From contig OY729426.1 of the NCBI GenBank assembly GCA_963422365.1, positions 160,001 to 224,000 on the forward strand: a stretch of 64,000 nt of DNA, in the 5' to 3' direction. Every line of letters begins with the position of its first letter. Within the stretch, counting starts at the first letter, position 1. This DNA is from Nitrospirales bacterium. GTDB taxonomy: Bacteria; Nitrospirota; Nitrospiria; Nitrospirales; UBA8639. This document shows, one piece after another, positions 32,741-43,274 of this stretch. The translations under genes and the position numbers were made by a program. The notes below the pieces were generated by a model. The model was not told where the DNA came from, did no database searches, and worked only from the letters and a program-made list of their open reading frames with translations.

Positions 32741-33868
32741 TTGAGAAAACCCATTCTGTCCACAAAACTATCCAGCGAAGGGCTTCACCTTCCTAGTCTG
32801 TCGGTCAAAGGATTTCGTGGGATTGAAGACCTTTGGATTCCACACCTAGGCCGCGTGACCCTCATCGCCTGAAAGAACGGAGTCGGCAAGACGACTCTCC
32901 TGGATGCCGTCCGCCTCTATGCCGCACGTGGCCATTATCTCGTTATTATGAACATATTGCAGAACAGGGAAGAGCTTATTGGCGTTGTTGACGAGAAGGA
33001 CGGTGATGAGACCTTTGCCTTCGGTCTTGAGGCTATCTTCCATGGTCGGCACCTTTCGTCAGAAGCCTGCATTTCAATAGGTTCAAGGAGCGAGGCCCAG
33101 CAACTTCGCATCAAGTCTGCTTTGAATATACAACAGAGGCTGTTGTTCCCTGAGAATTTTTCAAACAGAGATGAGCCGTTAATCGAGATCAAATTCCAAG
33201 GCAAAACACAAGAAATTCCTGTGAGTTCTTTCTTGCCTACACCTCGGGTCCCATATCGCAAATTGAGGGATGACGAATCCGAATATCCACCTGCGATTTA
33301 CTGCAAGTCTTTGGGCCCGAGTTTGCTGGGCAATGCTGATATAGCACGATTCTGGGATAAGGTGACACTTACAAATGATGAAACCCTGGCAGTACAGGCA
33401 CTGCAATTGATTTATGGTGAAGAAGTGGAACGTGTTGCAGTAGTCGGAAACGATGCCCCACGTTCTATAGGTCGACGGGCAATTGTCAAAATGAAAGGAC
33501 AAGAGCATCCTGTTCCTTTGAAGAGTCTGGGTGATGGAGCAGTGCGCTTATTCGGTACCGCCTTGGCACTTGCCAACAGTAGAGATGGTTTTCTGGTTAT
33601 AGACGAAGCAGAAAACGGCATCCATCATTCAGTCCAACCTGATTTCTGGAAGATGGTTATGAAAACTGCGCACGAGAACAATGTGCAGGTTCTCTCAACA
33701 ACACACGGCTGGGATTGCATAGCAGGTTTTGCTCAAGCAGCAACCGATTCACAAGAAGTGTACGGAGTTCTCGTTCGTCTTGAACGGGACGACGACAGAA
33801 TCCGTGCGGTGGAATACTCTGAAGACAACCTCAAAGCCGCAGCCGAGTATGGCATCGAAGTTAGGTAA
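32741..33868 (+). pseudogene. AAA_15/AAA_21-type ABC ATPase with a nonsense codon in Walker A
   Basis: In frame from TTG 32741: VKGFRGIEDL..VTLIA-TGA(32870)-KNGVGKTT; signature SLGDG, Walker B LVIDEAENGIH, STTH. Confidence 0.85.
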
Positions 33869-33871
33869 TAC

Positions 33872-34518
33872 ATGGCTCTTCCTAGAGCGTCCCCACCAAA
33901 CCCCCGCGTTCTTTTAGTCGAGGGACAGGACGACAAGCACGTTATTGCGAATCTCCGCAAACGTCATCAATTCACACCAGATTTTGATATTCTGGCTAAA
34001 GACGGCCTTGACACTCTACTCGAAACTGTTGGCGCTGAGCTGAATGTTCCTGGACGTCAAGCTATCGGTATACTCATAGACGCAAACGACGATTTGACGG
34101 CACGTTGGAATGCTGTCAAAGACAAGCTTCCCGACCAATACCGAGATTCACTTTCGTCTCTTGATCCAAACGGGACCATCATTCAAGTCAAGCCTCGCAT
34201 CGGCATTTGGTTGATGCCCGATAATACTCATGCCGGCGAAATTGAAGACTTCGTTATTAAGATGATTCCCGAAGGTGACCCGGTATGGTCACTTTCCGAA
34301 CGCGACATAACAGGTATTCCGGAAACAGAGAGAAAGTTTTCAGAAGTAAGACACAACGAGCCAAACTGTATGCGTGGCTCGCAGCCAGGAAGGACCCCAG
34401 GAAAATGGGTTTAGCTATTCGCGCACATGACTTGAACGTTGACGGTATCCTCTGCCAGGATTTTCTAGCTTGGCTTAAGGCAGTTTTTGATGAGTCGGCT
34501 TTGATTCAACCCCACTGA
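33872..34518 (+). pseudogene. DUF3226 (TOPRIM-like) partner of the ATPase, frameshift near 34350
   Basis: LLVEGQDD, GILIDAND, IWLMPDN..GEIEDF; C-terminus KAKLYAWLA-like (RAKLYAWLAARKDP) in another frame. Confidence 0.75.
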
Positions 34519-34739
34519 CGGCTGATTTTCATTCTCTAAGATACCATGATCCCCCCAGGATAGGAATAAGAAACACCCCTCCCCAAACCGCAAGAAAACA
34601 CCTCTTCAAGAAACGATTATATTAACTTCGATGCGGCAGAGTCTTTCGGGGATGTACTAGACAACGAATCCCGTTTCATAACGAGTTTTGCCATCTTGTC
34701 AAGTGCGGCACGCCCACATTGAATGTGAAGCTGTTTCTC

Positions 34740-34895
34740 TTACGTTGTAGCCTTGACCCAAACTCGGGCGATGGTCGCCCGAATCTTCTTCTCAAAACGT
34801 TCAATCAGTTCGCGGTTAGCGTTGACTAGACTTTGTTCAGCTTCAATCTCGGCGACAATGACTTGCTGGTATTCGAGGGATGGCAGGGCGATGCC
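34740..34895 (-). repeat. hsdM-S 3' tail copy 4
   Basis: IALPSLEYQQVIVAEIEAEQSLVNANRELIERFEKKIRATIARVWVKATT-TAA, no start codon. Confidence 0.9.
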
Positions 34896-35083
34896 GTTTC
34901 CTTACGGTTCAGGTCATCATTCATGCGATTCCATAATTGATCAACATCGTCGGCAAGGTTATCTATCCTCTCCGTAATACGTTTATAGTAAACAGAACCA
35001 ATGAATGCAATGCACCTAGGGACGGCTAAGGCAATAACGCCCATGAATATGGAAATGACTTGCAGATATAAGCTGTTGTCCAC
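34826..35083 (-). CDS. Small single-TM hypothetical protein or remnant, truncated by tail copy 4
   Basis: Hydrophobic N-terminus and short coiled coil; C-terminus runs into the tail copy. Confidence 0.35.
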   Translation of the reverse strand: MDNSLYLQVISIFMGVIALAVPRCIAFIGSVYYKRITERIDNLADDVDQLWNRMNDDLNRKETASPCHPSNTSKSLSPRLKLNKV

Positions 35084-35089
35084 CGAAGA

Positions 35090-35305
35090 CTAGCCTCTTC
35101 GGGTAGGATTTCCTCTTTTTGCCTGTTCGCTCTCCCACTTCAAGGCAGCATCCTTGGTGGTTGCGTGACCGACCTGTTTGATGTGACCGCTTTCCGCCAA
35201 AGTCTGCTTATGTTCTTGTTCACGCCTTTCAAGATCGTTGGTTATGCCAGTGTGAACAATCCTATTACCCTTTTTGAAGTGATATTTGTAGGTGTTTCTA
35301 GCCAT
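35090..35305 (-). CDS. Minimal GIY-YIG-like nuclease
   Basis: YKY..IVHTGITNDLERREQEH; AGGAGG RBS. Confidence 0.75.
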   Translation of the reverse strand: MARNTYKYHFKKGNRIVHTGITNDLERREQEHKQTLAESGHIKQVGHATTKDAALKWESEQAKRGNPTRRG

Positions 35306-35428
35306 TCCAAGAACCTCCTGATCTAAATCGATGATTTCGATTACAACACAAACAAGTACCGCACAAATGGCTGATTTTTTTCAATCCATGGTGAAGCAGA
35401 AAAAGCTGTATATTCTGTGACTCACCAT

Positions 35429-35560
35429 TTACTCGTCCCAGAACGCAGTAACTGCTTAAAGTACGTATTCCTTTTTCTTTCCTGACAAGTGCTGATAAAG
35501 CCGCACGACCCTAACGGCAAACGCGTAGCTTTTTCCCTGAGCGGCATTATCGGTCTTCAT
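35429..35560 (-). pseudogene. Four-helix-bundle protein (TIGR02436/IVP-like), frameshifted and truncated
   Basis: KSYAFAVRVVRLYQHL..KKEYVL / KQLLRSGTS then ends. Confidence 0.75.
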
Positions 35561-35608
35561 TTGCTGTCTTCCATGCCTTGTTAATCGCTTCAGTAATGTT
35601 TTCGCGAC

Positions 35609-35640
35609 AATTCCTAATTCTTCATTCGTAATTCCTAATT
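35609..35640. repeat. Heptamer tandem repeat preceding the four-helix-bundle gene
   Basis: AATTCCT AATTCTT CATTCGT AATTCCT AATT. Confidence 0.7.
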
Positions 35641-35642
35641 TC

Positions 35643-35713
35643 CTCCCCCACACCCGCCCAATCGCCGCCTGTATCTTCTTCTCAAAACATTCAACCAGTT
35701 CCCGATTGGCGGA
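35643..35713 (-). repeat. hsdM-S 3' tail copy 3
   Basis: ANRELVECFEKKIQAAIGRVWG. Confidence 0.85.
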
Positions 35714-35742
35714 GACTTCTGAATACATTCGCCTTCGCCGGT

Positions 35743-36810
35743 TCAGTGGTTGATATCCGATACGCACGAATTCTCAAGCCAATCCAGTTGTGAGAGTACA
35801 TCGACTGCCAAGTGAATCTGGCGGCGAGGGGAAAACTGCTGTTTCCTGTCATTCCAGGCGTAGGTTGCCTTCACGACGTCTTCCCAGGTTCGAACCGGTT
35901 CATGGCTGGCAACCCAATGAACCGTGGAGAGCAGTTCCAGGCCGAACGGCGACTCGAATCCTTTGACGAGTTTGGAAACTCTTTCAAAGCGGGCCCGGGT
36001 TTCGGCACCGTTCCGGAGAAACATGTGAGCATCCTCAAGCGCACCCGGCACCAGTTCTAATTGCTTATCAGGCGCATCGCCTCCGTCGGCGTAGCCTGAC
36101 AACAAGTGTCCCTCAACGGCATTCAGCACGTGCCGAAGGTTTGCGGCATAAGGCCCGTAAGGACCTTTGTCAAATTTCAGATTCAACGGCTCGCCCGCAA
36201 CCTGCATGAAATACATGAGCTTGTGCACTTCCAGCAGCGTCACGAACGGATCCAACAGGCCGCGAAGATAACAATCCATCAGTCCGACCAGCGCGGCTCG
36301 TCCGGCGGTCATTTCCGGAACATCACGCGAACGATTGGCCCGCCCGTCCACCGGTCTGCCGCCCGGGTCAAAGATGACGATCTTCACACCATCCAGTTTT
36401 CCCAGAGCCGCTTCCATGCGAGCACGCACGTCTTGCCAGTCTAATAACCCCAGCCCGCTGCCGAGCGGCGGGATGGCAATCGATCGGATGTTGCGCGTCC
36501 GGATCTCCTCCGCCAGCGCGGCAAGGCCGGTTTCGATATCCTTCAGGCGACTCTTACCTCGCCAGTGCCTCTTGGTCGGAAAATTGATGATGTAACGCGG
36601 GAATAGCGTCCGGCGGGTCTCGAAGACGAACATCCGGCCCGGTTGCACCTCGTTCCGCTTGCAAGCGTCGGCATAGGATTTGAAGTTTTCAGGAAAGGCT
36701 TTCCTGAACTGAAGCGCGATCCCGCGCCCCATGACGCCGACGCAGTTGACAGTGTTGACCAGGGCTTCGGCCTCTTCCGCAAGAATATCGCCTGTTTTGT
36801 ACTCAATCAT
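35743..36810 (-). CDS. darG: DarG antitoxin (macrodomain DNA ADP-ribosyl glycohydrolase)
   Basis: VNTVNCVGVMGRGIALQF, IINFPTKRHW, IAIPPLGSGLG; C-domain HKLMYF..YGPY..GLELLSTVHW. Confidence 0.9.
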   Translation of the reverse strand: MIEYKTGDILAEEAEALVNTVNCVGVMGRGIALQFRKAFPENFKSYADACKRNEVQPGRMFVFETRRTLFPRYIINFPTKRHWRGKSRLKDIETGLAALAEEIRTRNIRSIAIPPLGSGLGLLDWQDVRARMEAALGKLDGVKIVIFDPGGRPVDGRANRSRDVPEMTAGRAALVGLMDCYLRGLLDPFVTLLEVHKLMYFMQVAGEPLNLKFDKGPYGPYAANLRHVLNAVEGHLLSGYADGGDAPDKQLELVPGALEDAHMFLRNGAETRARFERVSKLVKGFESPFGLELLSTVHWVASHEPVRTWEDVVKATYAWNDRKQQFSPRRQIHLAVDVLSQLDWLENSCVSDINH

Positions 36811-36827
36811 AGCGGCCTCCCCATTCG

Positions 36828-37023
36828 TCAATAATACCACTCGCACCTGATTTCGGCATGTGGTTGATGCACGGCAGCTGCAATGGCCGTTCTGGTCTGT
36901 TGCGCAGTAGGCTCAGACCGTACTGATCTTCGCATCACACCAGAGAAAACCGTCTTTGATAATGGAAGGCAAGCGGTCTGCGTGGACAATGTGATAAATC
37001 TTCGGATTAGTGGGTATTGACAT
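36828..37023 (-). pseudogene. darT: DarT toxin (DUF4433) with a large internal deletion
   Basis: N-terminus MSIPTNPKIYHIVHADRLPSIIKDGFLWCDA joined to the C-terminus HQPHAEIRCEWYY; the catalytic core is absent. Confidence 0.8.
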
Positions 37024-37079
37024 GTTTTGTTCTGAGCACTTTGTTCATGACTCAGTCTATGAAGAAATAGAGGCGTCAT

Positions 37080-37143
37080 CCCCACCCGCGCGATGATGGC
37101 TTGGACTTTTTGCTGAAAACGTTCAATCAGTTCGCGGTTGGTG
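37080..37143 (-). repeat. hsdM-S 3' tail copy 2
   Basis: NRELIERFQQKVQAIIARV; 24 bp (37116-37139) identical to copy 4 (34794-34817). Confidence 0.88.
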
Positions 37144-37189
37144 CTATCAATCCTGCCCGATTAAGGGTGAAATAGTTATTTGCAATTCT

Positions 37190-37750
37190 TTAATACAATA
37201 GTCGCTTAATATCATCTATCGCCTGTTGGATTTTATTATCGGTGAAATTCTCTTTGTGTAGTTTCTTTTCCCATTCATTGTCACTTGCAATATAGGTCTT
37301 CACCGCATCCAAGTTGATTTCTTTGCCAGTCTTTTCTATTTCAATCATGGAGTAATCCACGGTTGCAAGTACTTCCAATTCACGATCATTTTTATAACGC
37401 AGATTGTCAGCAACCCAGTCCAAGGCTGGTTGCAAATGATCAGGAAAGTATTTTTCTGCTTCTGTGATGTGCTTCCCTACGCCTAAAGCAGTATCAGATT
37501 TTTTTATGACGTAATTTTTACGAACAGCAATGCTCTCCGCCTTGTATCTTGCCTGAGGATTATAAGGCCCTGCTGCTTTTTTCAAGTAATCATCTGTTAC
37601 GTCCATTCCAGCTTTTCTTTTCACAAAATAGGCCATTTTTTGCTGTCGAAATCGTCCCAGTGGGTGGTCTTCATCGCTAAATTTTCGAGTCAAGACAGAA
37701 AGCAATACTGCTTCCTGAAAATCTGTCGGTACTTTTTTAGAAATCGCAGG
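37190..37750 (-). pseudogene. C-terminal extension of HsdM-S (DarG-C/Panacea-like), separated by an in-frame TAA
   Basis: Open and in frame directly after TAA 37751-37753 (PAISKKVPTDFQEAVLLSV..QKMAYF..AAGPY..ELEVLATVDY); no ATG or RBS at its front. Confidence 0.65.
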
Positions 37751-40245
37751 TTAGGCAGTTACTCCTTCGTCTTTCTGCCAAACCGTTTCAAGCCTCTCCT
37801 TGATTTTTTGCTCCATCCTCCCGATGAGTTCGCGGTTAGCATTAACGAGGGCTTGTTCGGCTTCAATCTCGGCAACGAGGGCTTGCTGAGTGGGATGGGG
37901 AGGGAGAGGAATGCGAAGTTTGCTGAACCTTGATTTGATAATTTCCTTGTAAGTCGCGCCACTTGCTTGGGCTTGCATCACTGGTACGAGTTTAGTCAAC
38001 GCCAGCGCGACATATTCGGGGATTACTTGGGTAGCGTCTTTAATAATAACGTTCTTGAATCCTTGATTGGTCGCAAGCGGTATCCTGTTGATGCCGATAC
38101 GGCCAATGGTTGCTCTTGATGACACCACCACAGAATTGGCCGGAATTACCTTTGCTGCTGATTTCTGCAAGCCTGCGTCACTTATAGTTCGTTGCGTAGC
38201 ACTGATTTCGGTGATGAGGTCATCTGGCGGTAAATCCGCTAATGTGATCCACGGCACATCGCCATCCCAATATTCTCTCACATGAGACTTTGGGGTGCCG
38301 CCGCTCTCTACTTGGAATAACGCCGAATTCCCCAATTCCACCATCGGCCACTCAGGATCAATCGCAATCTGCGGTCGGTAGTTGTCAATGACGGCACGGG
38401 CACCGTCGATGACTTTCTGGTAGCCCTCAATCTCTGCCACGATTTCCTGCTGGATTTTCAGGGGTGGGAGGGGGATTTGGAATGATGACAAATCCTTAGG
38501 GTAGACATGTGGCTGCCCCATTCCAACTTGAAGTTGGTAGATTTCTGATTGCTTAAATTTCATCATGTGAAAGACAAACGTACTGGTAATCCGTTCGTCC
38601 CTGGGTTTGATTGTTGAGCAATCGGAAGCAAATATCGGTTCATTGAAGTATGCAACAAAACCGGCGTATGCTCCCGATGCACTTACCGTGATTGTCTCGC
38701 CTGTGCGGTTAGCTTTATTGTGAAAAGATGAAGGACTTTGGCCACCTGCTATTACAGGAATCGTTCCTGCTACGACTTCTTTTCGAGTAATCGCAGTACC
38801 CTTTCTAACTTCACAAAGCTCACCGAGAGTAACTATATCAAATTTAGAGTTTATGGTTGCACTCTCCCGATACCGATCGCTGTTCAGGTTGTACTCGCCG
38901 TCTGCTGCGATTTTTGTTTTCTCGGCGACTCGTCTTTTCATGGCAGGTTCGTCTATCGCGTACTGTGCTTCGGGTTCTGCCACGCGAGCGGTGGGCACTG
39001 ATTCGCTTGCGCGTAGTTTTCCCAGATAGTCGGTGATTTCAGCCTGTACTTGCGGTAAATCGTTCTTGTCTATCTCCCGCCGTTGTGCCCCTAGGGCAAA
39101 GCCATCGTTTTCCACTTTGAAGAAGGCGATGCTGTCGGTCTTTTTCGCCAGTGCCTTGTCCAGTATCAGGATGGAGGTCTTAACACCGGAATAGGGTTGA
39201 AACACACCGGCCGGCAGGGAGATAACGGCGATGAGGTAGTTTTCCACCAGCAGCTTGCGCAGTTGCCTGTAGGCGTTCTGGCTCTGGAAGATGATGCCTT
39301 CGGGTACGATGATGCCGGCGCGCCCGGAGGGTGTCAGGTGCTCGGCGATGTAGTCCACAAACAGGACTTCGCTACGCCTGGAGTTGACCGAGAAACGCTT
39401 GTGTGGACGGATGCCGCCCGTAGGCGACATGAAGGGTGGATTGGCGAGGATGACGTCGGCATATTCGTTCCAGCGGTCTTCGCTGGTGAGGGTGTCGTAT
39501 TCAAAGACGTGGGGGTCAACAAAGCCGTGCAGATAGAGGTTGACCAGCGCAGACGCACCATGTCGGGGGAGATGTCGTAGCCTTTCAGGTTGGTAACCAA
39601 GCGGCCCCGCTCATCGGGCGTGAGGGTGTTGTGACCATGCTCATCGGTGTTGTTTTTTAAGATATGTTTGTAGGGTGAGATGAGGAAACCAGCAGTGCCG
39701 CAGGCCGGGTCGAGGATGGTTTCGTCTTTTTTGGGATCAATGACGGCAACGATGAAGTCGATGATGTGGCGCGGCGTGCGGAACTGCCCGGCGGCACCCT
39801 GCGAATCGAGGACGGAGAGCAGGTACTCGAAGGCATCGCCTAGGCGTTCGGAGTGGTCATACTCAAACTCGTCGATGAGTTTGAGAAAAGCCCGCAAAGT
39901 CTCCGGGTCGCGGTAGGGCAGAAAGGCGTTCTTGAAGATATCGCGGAACAGGGGCGGAATGCCGGGGTTCTCCGGCATTCGGGCGATGGCCTCGGCGTAC
40001 AGGTTCAGGGTCTCGTGGCCACCCAGTCCTGCGCGCATGAGCCGCGCCCAGCCATAGCGGGCAAAGTCGCCGGCAAAGAACGTGCGCTGGCCGCCCAACT
40101 CCTCGCTCTCGGCGTCGATGTCGTCCATGAATTTGTAGATGAGCGCGATAGTGATCTGCTCCACCTGACTTTTCGGATCGGGCACTTTGCCGACGAGAAT
40201 GTCGCGGGCGTTGTCAATGCGGTGTTTGGTAGCTTTATCGAGCAT
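37751..40245 (-). pseudogene. Fused type I-like N6-adenine methyltransferase + specificity subunit (HsdM-HsdS), frameshift near 39550
   Basis: GQFRTPRH, DPACGTAGFL, MVRL / LVNLYLHG, ILANPPF; two TRDs each followed by IPLPP..QQ.IVAEIE. Confidence 0.88.
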
Positions 40246-40304
40246 ATTGTCTGGACTGTGGTTTATGGGATTTGGGATTACCCTGATTTCTTATCTAAGC
40301 TTCC

Positions 40305-42892
40305 TCAGACGAACTGGTTCAGTGGCACGTAATCCTTCACGTACTCGGGAATGAGGGTGCGGTATTTTTCAGGAACGGCTTTGAAGTCGCTGGTAGAAAA
40401 GGCCTGGTTGGTGGCCAGACCGGTGAACTGTCGTCTGTCAATGATGTCTCGAACATAGACGCTGGTGACGTAAGCCTTAAAGTAGGTCTTGAGGACAGGA
40501 ATGGCTTTGGCGTCTCCAGGCTTGTCATCCGCTACGAACTTGGCGAATTCCTCTTCCAGCAGTTCATCCTTGGATTTGAAGCAAGGAATGAGGTCGAAGA
40601 CCTTTTCCAGAATCTCGCGCAGGGTCGTCGGCGGTCCACGGCGGCAGCCTGGCGCAGCTTCTCCAGCGTGTAATACTCAACGGGTTTGTCGAACACCTCG
40701 CGATTGACATAGTCGATCACGCGGTCCCACTGCCCGGCTTCGACGGCCTTTACGATGATCTCGTCTTCACGTACCGTCTCCGCGAACCGGTCAAAGAACA
40801 TCCGGTCAATCTTCATGCCCGCGTAGCCGATGGTCTCCTCCCGGATGGAAGCAATCAAGTCGTCGCCGAGATGTTCGTACGCGCCGGCGTATGTGAAAGG
40901 CGCGGCGTCTTTGCTTTTGCTGACGCCTTTGTGGGGCCGCGGCAGTTCAATGACTTGGTCGTAGTTGAATTCGGTCTCGAAGTATTCGCAGTTACCAAAG
41001 AAATCGAACAGCTTGAACGCGGTTTTTTCCGTCAGTGCGATCCCGTCCCCCGTTTCGGAGTCCGGGGCGGGCCCTGTATCGGAGTCCGGGGCCTGCTTGA
41101 GACTATCGTCAAGGAGTTGGTCGGGGAAGTCGTGCCTGCGAGTGCCGCGTCCTTTGATCTGGATGAAATCCGTTGGCGAGAAGATGGGCCGGAACAGGCC
41201 CAGATTCAGGATGTCCGGGCAGTCGTAGCCGGTCGTCATCATGCCGACCGTCACGCACACGCAGGCCTTACTGGTTTTATAGTCAGACAGGAAATTGCCC
41301 GAGCCGAGCAAATTATTATTGGTGAAGTTGATGGTGAATCGCTGGGCGTCCGCTATCTGTGACGTGACCTGTACGGCGAAGTCGGACTGGTACTTTTCGG
41401 GGAACAGACGGTCGGCCATCTGATTCAGGATTTGTGTCAGCCTGGCGGCGTGGTTCTGACTGACGGCAAAGATGATAGATTTGCCGACCTCACCGCTGAT
41501 GGGATCGCGCAGTGCGTTTTCGAGGAACGTCTTGCAAAAGAGCGCGTTGGTGGCATCGGCAAAGAAGCACTTCTCAAACTCACGCTGCTTGTAAACTTGC
41601 TCGTGATCCTCGCCCGCGTCGTCGTTGAACGACACAATGAACCCCCTCTCGGACAGGAGTCGGGTCGTGACTTCCGTGCGGGCGTCTACCACGGTCGGGT
41701 TGATCAAAACGCCATCCTGAACACCGTCGAGCAGCGAATAGCGGAAGGTGGGCTGGCCGCTCTCGCAGCCGAAGGTGCGGTAGGTGTCGAGGAGGAGGCG
41801 CCGTTCGGCATCACGCGGGTCGCGCACCGCAGAGTCTGGACTATCAAAGCCCATAAGATAATCACGCGGTGTCGCCGTCAGACCGAGTTTATAGCCGATG
41901 AAATAGTCGAACACTGCGCGGGCGTTGCCTCCGATCGAGCGATGCGCTTCATCCGAGATCACCAGATCGAAGTCCGTGGGTGAGAAGAGATTTTCGTACT
42001 TGTTGTTGAACAGCAGGGATTGAACAGTCGTGACGACAATCTCTGCGCGCCGCCAGTCGTCCCGTCGTTCCTTGTAGATCACTGTGTCAAAATCATTGGC
42101 GAGCAGTTCTTTGAATACCTTTTCAGCCTGATTTTCCAGTTCCAGCCGGTCGACCAGAAACAGAACACGGCGCGCGTTGCCGGTACGGAGAAACAATTTG
42201 ATGACGGCGGCGGCGGTGAGCGTTTTACCTGTGCCGGTCGCCATCTCAAACAGGAAGCGGTCATTGCCGTCAGACACGGCCCGTTGCAAGGCGTGCAGGG
42301 CACGAAGCTGGTAATCCCGCAGGAAGCGCAACCCGTGGGTGCGGATGAAGCCGGGGCGTTCAGATACGTTGCGCCACCCGACCTCGGCCGCATAGTTGGG
42401 GCGCTGGGTGAGGACGATGTAGTTGTCGCCGACCCGTTCATTGATCAGGCGCTGCGGATTGGGCGAGACCTGTTTGTACCCTTCCACCGAGTCCGGCGAC
42501 GGGAACGCTGTAATGATATGCGGGTTGCCGCGTTCGAGGTCCCAGAAGTAGTGCAGATTGCCGTTGGAGAGGATGACGAAGCGGCAGTTTTGCGAGCGAG
42601 CGTACTTGCGTGCCTGTTCCTTGCCGACCAGCGGGTTCTTATCTTCGGACTTGGCCTCCAGCACGATAAGCGGGGCGCCTTTGGTGTCGAGTAGCAGGAA
42701 ATCGATGAAGCCCCTGGAAGTCTTCTCGAAGTCGTTGCCAAGGTCGTCCAGATCGGACGCCTGAATCGTAACGTTCGGTTCCAGTAAGATGTTGGCGGGT
42801 TTGTCCTCTTCGGCAAAAAAACGCCACCCTGCAGCCTCGAGCCGTTTGTTGATCGTGATGCGGGCAGTCGCTTCTTTCATATGCTTCCCCAT
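40305..42892 (-). pseudogene. Type I restriction subunit HsdR, frameshift near 40627
   Basis: IDFLL..LEAK nuclease motif, MATGTGKT, DEAH, GLTATP, TTGYD, QIKGRGTR; C-terminus TLREILEK..LNQFV-TGA(40305) in a shifted frame. Confidence 0.88.
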
Positions 42893-43274
42893 CGATTATC
42901 GTTCTGGTCCTGATTGGTTGACACAGCCATCTTCTTGGCCGCATGAGATGCAACCCTACAAAGCATCTGATGGAGGCTGCTCATCACCAGCAGGTGGGTA
43001 TCCTGGACAAGTGGGCCCGACCAATACACAATGATATCTGATGGAGGGCTACAATCTTCTCCCTCTCCACTGGCTCACCACCTGTGTTTCTCATCTGTTC
43101 TTCTATTCACAATGATAGGCCAAGAGCCTGTTTAATCCGTTTTGATTCTTCAGCCCACTCACACAACAGGTGCATTCATCACTCCGGTGAGCGGAACTTT
43201 CGTTGAATGGTTTCGCCCATCAATGCAGACAAAGGCAGGGAAAGCCGACCGCGGGGTTGCTGTTGCAAGTCTGT

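Noticed and set aside
32870..32872. In-frame TGA as selenocysteine or programmed readthrough
   Set aside because: It falls on the first Gly of Walker A (GGA to TGA), and neighbouring genes are also decayed, so it is a simple nonsense mutation.
35429..35640. Diversity-generating retroelement (Avd-like four-helix bundle)
   Set aside because: No reverse transcriptase and no TR/VR pair with adenine-specific mismatches seen in the window.
31588..37900. CRISPR array or classical integron as an explanation of the repeats
   Set aside because: The repeats are protein-coding gene tails of unequal length spaced by kilobases and are not palindromic; no cas or intI gene is present.
41056..41093. 24-bp-period duplication in hsdR (APDSDTGPAPDSETG)
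   Set aside because: An in-frame linker duplication with no evidence of function.
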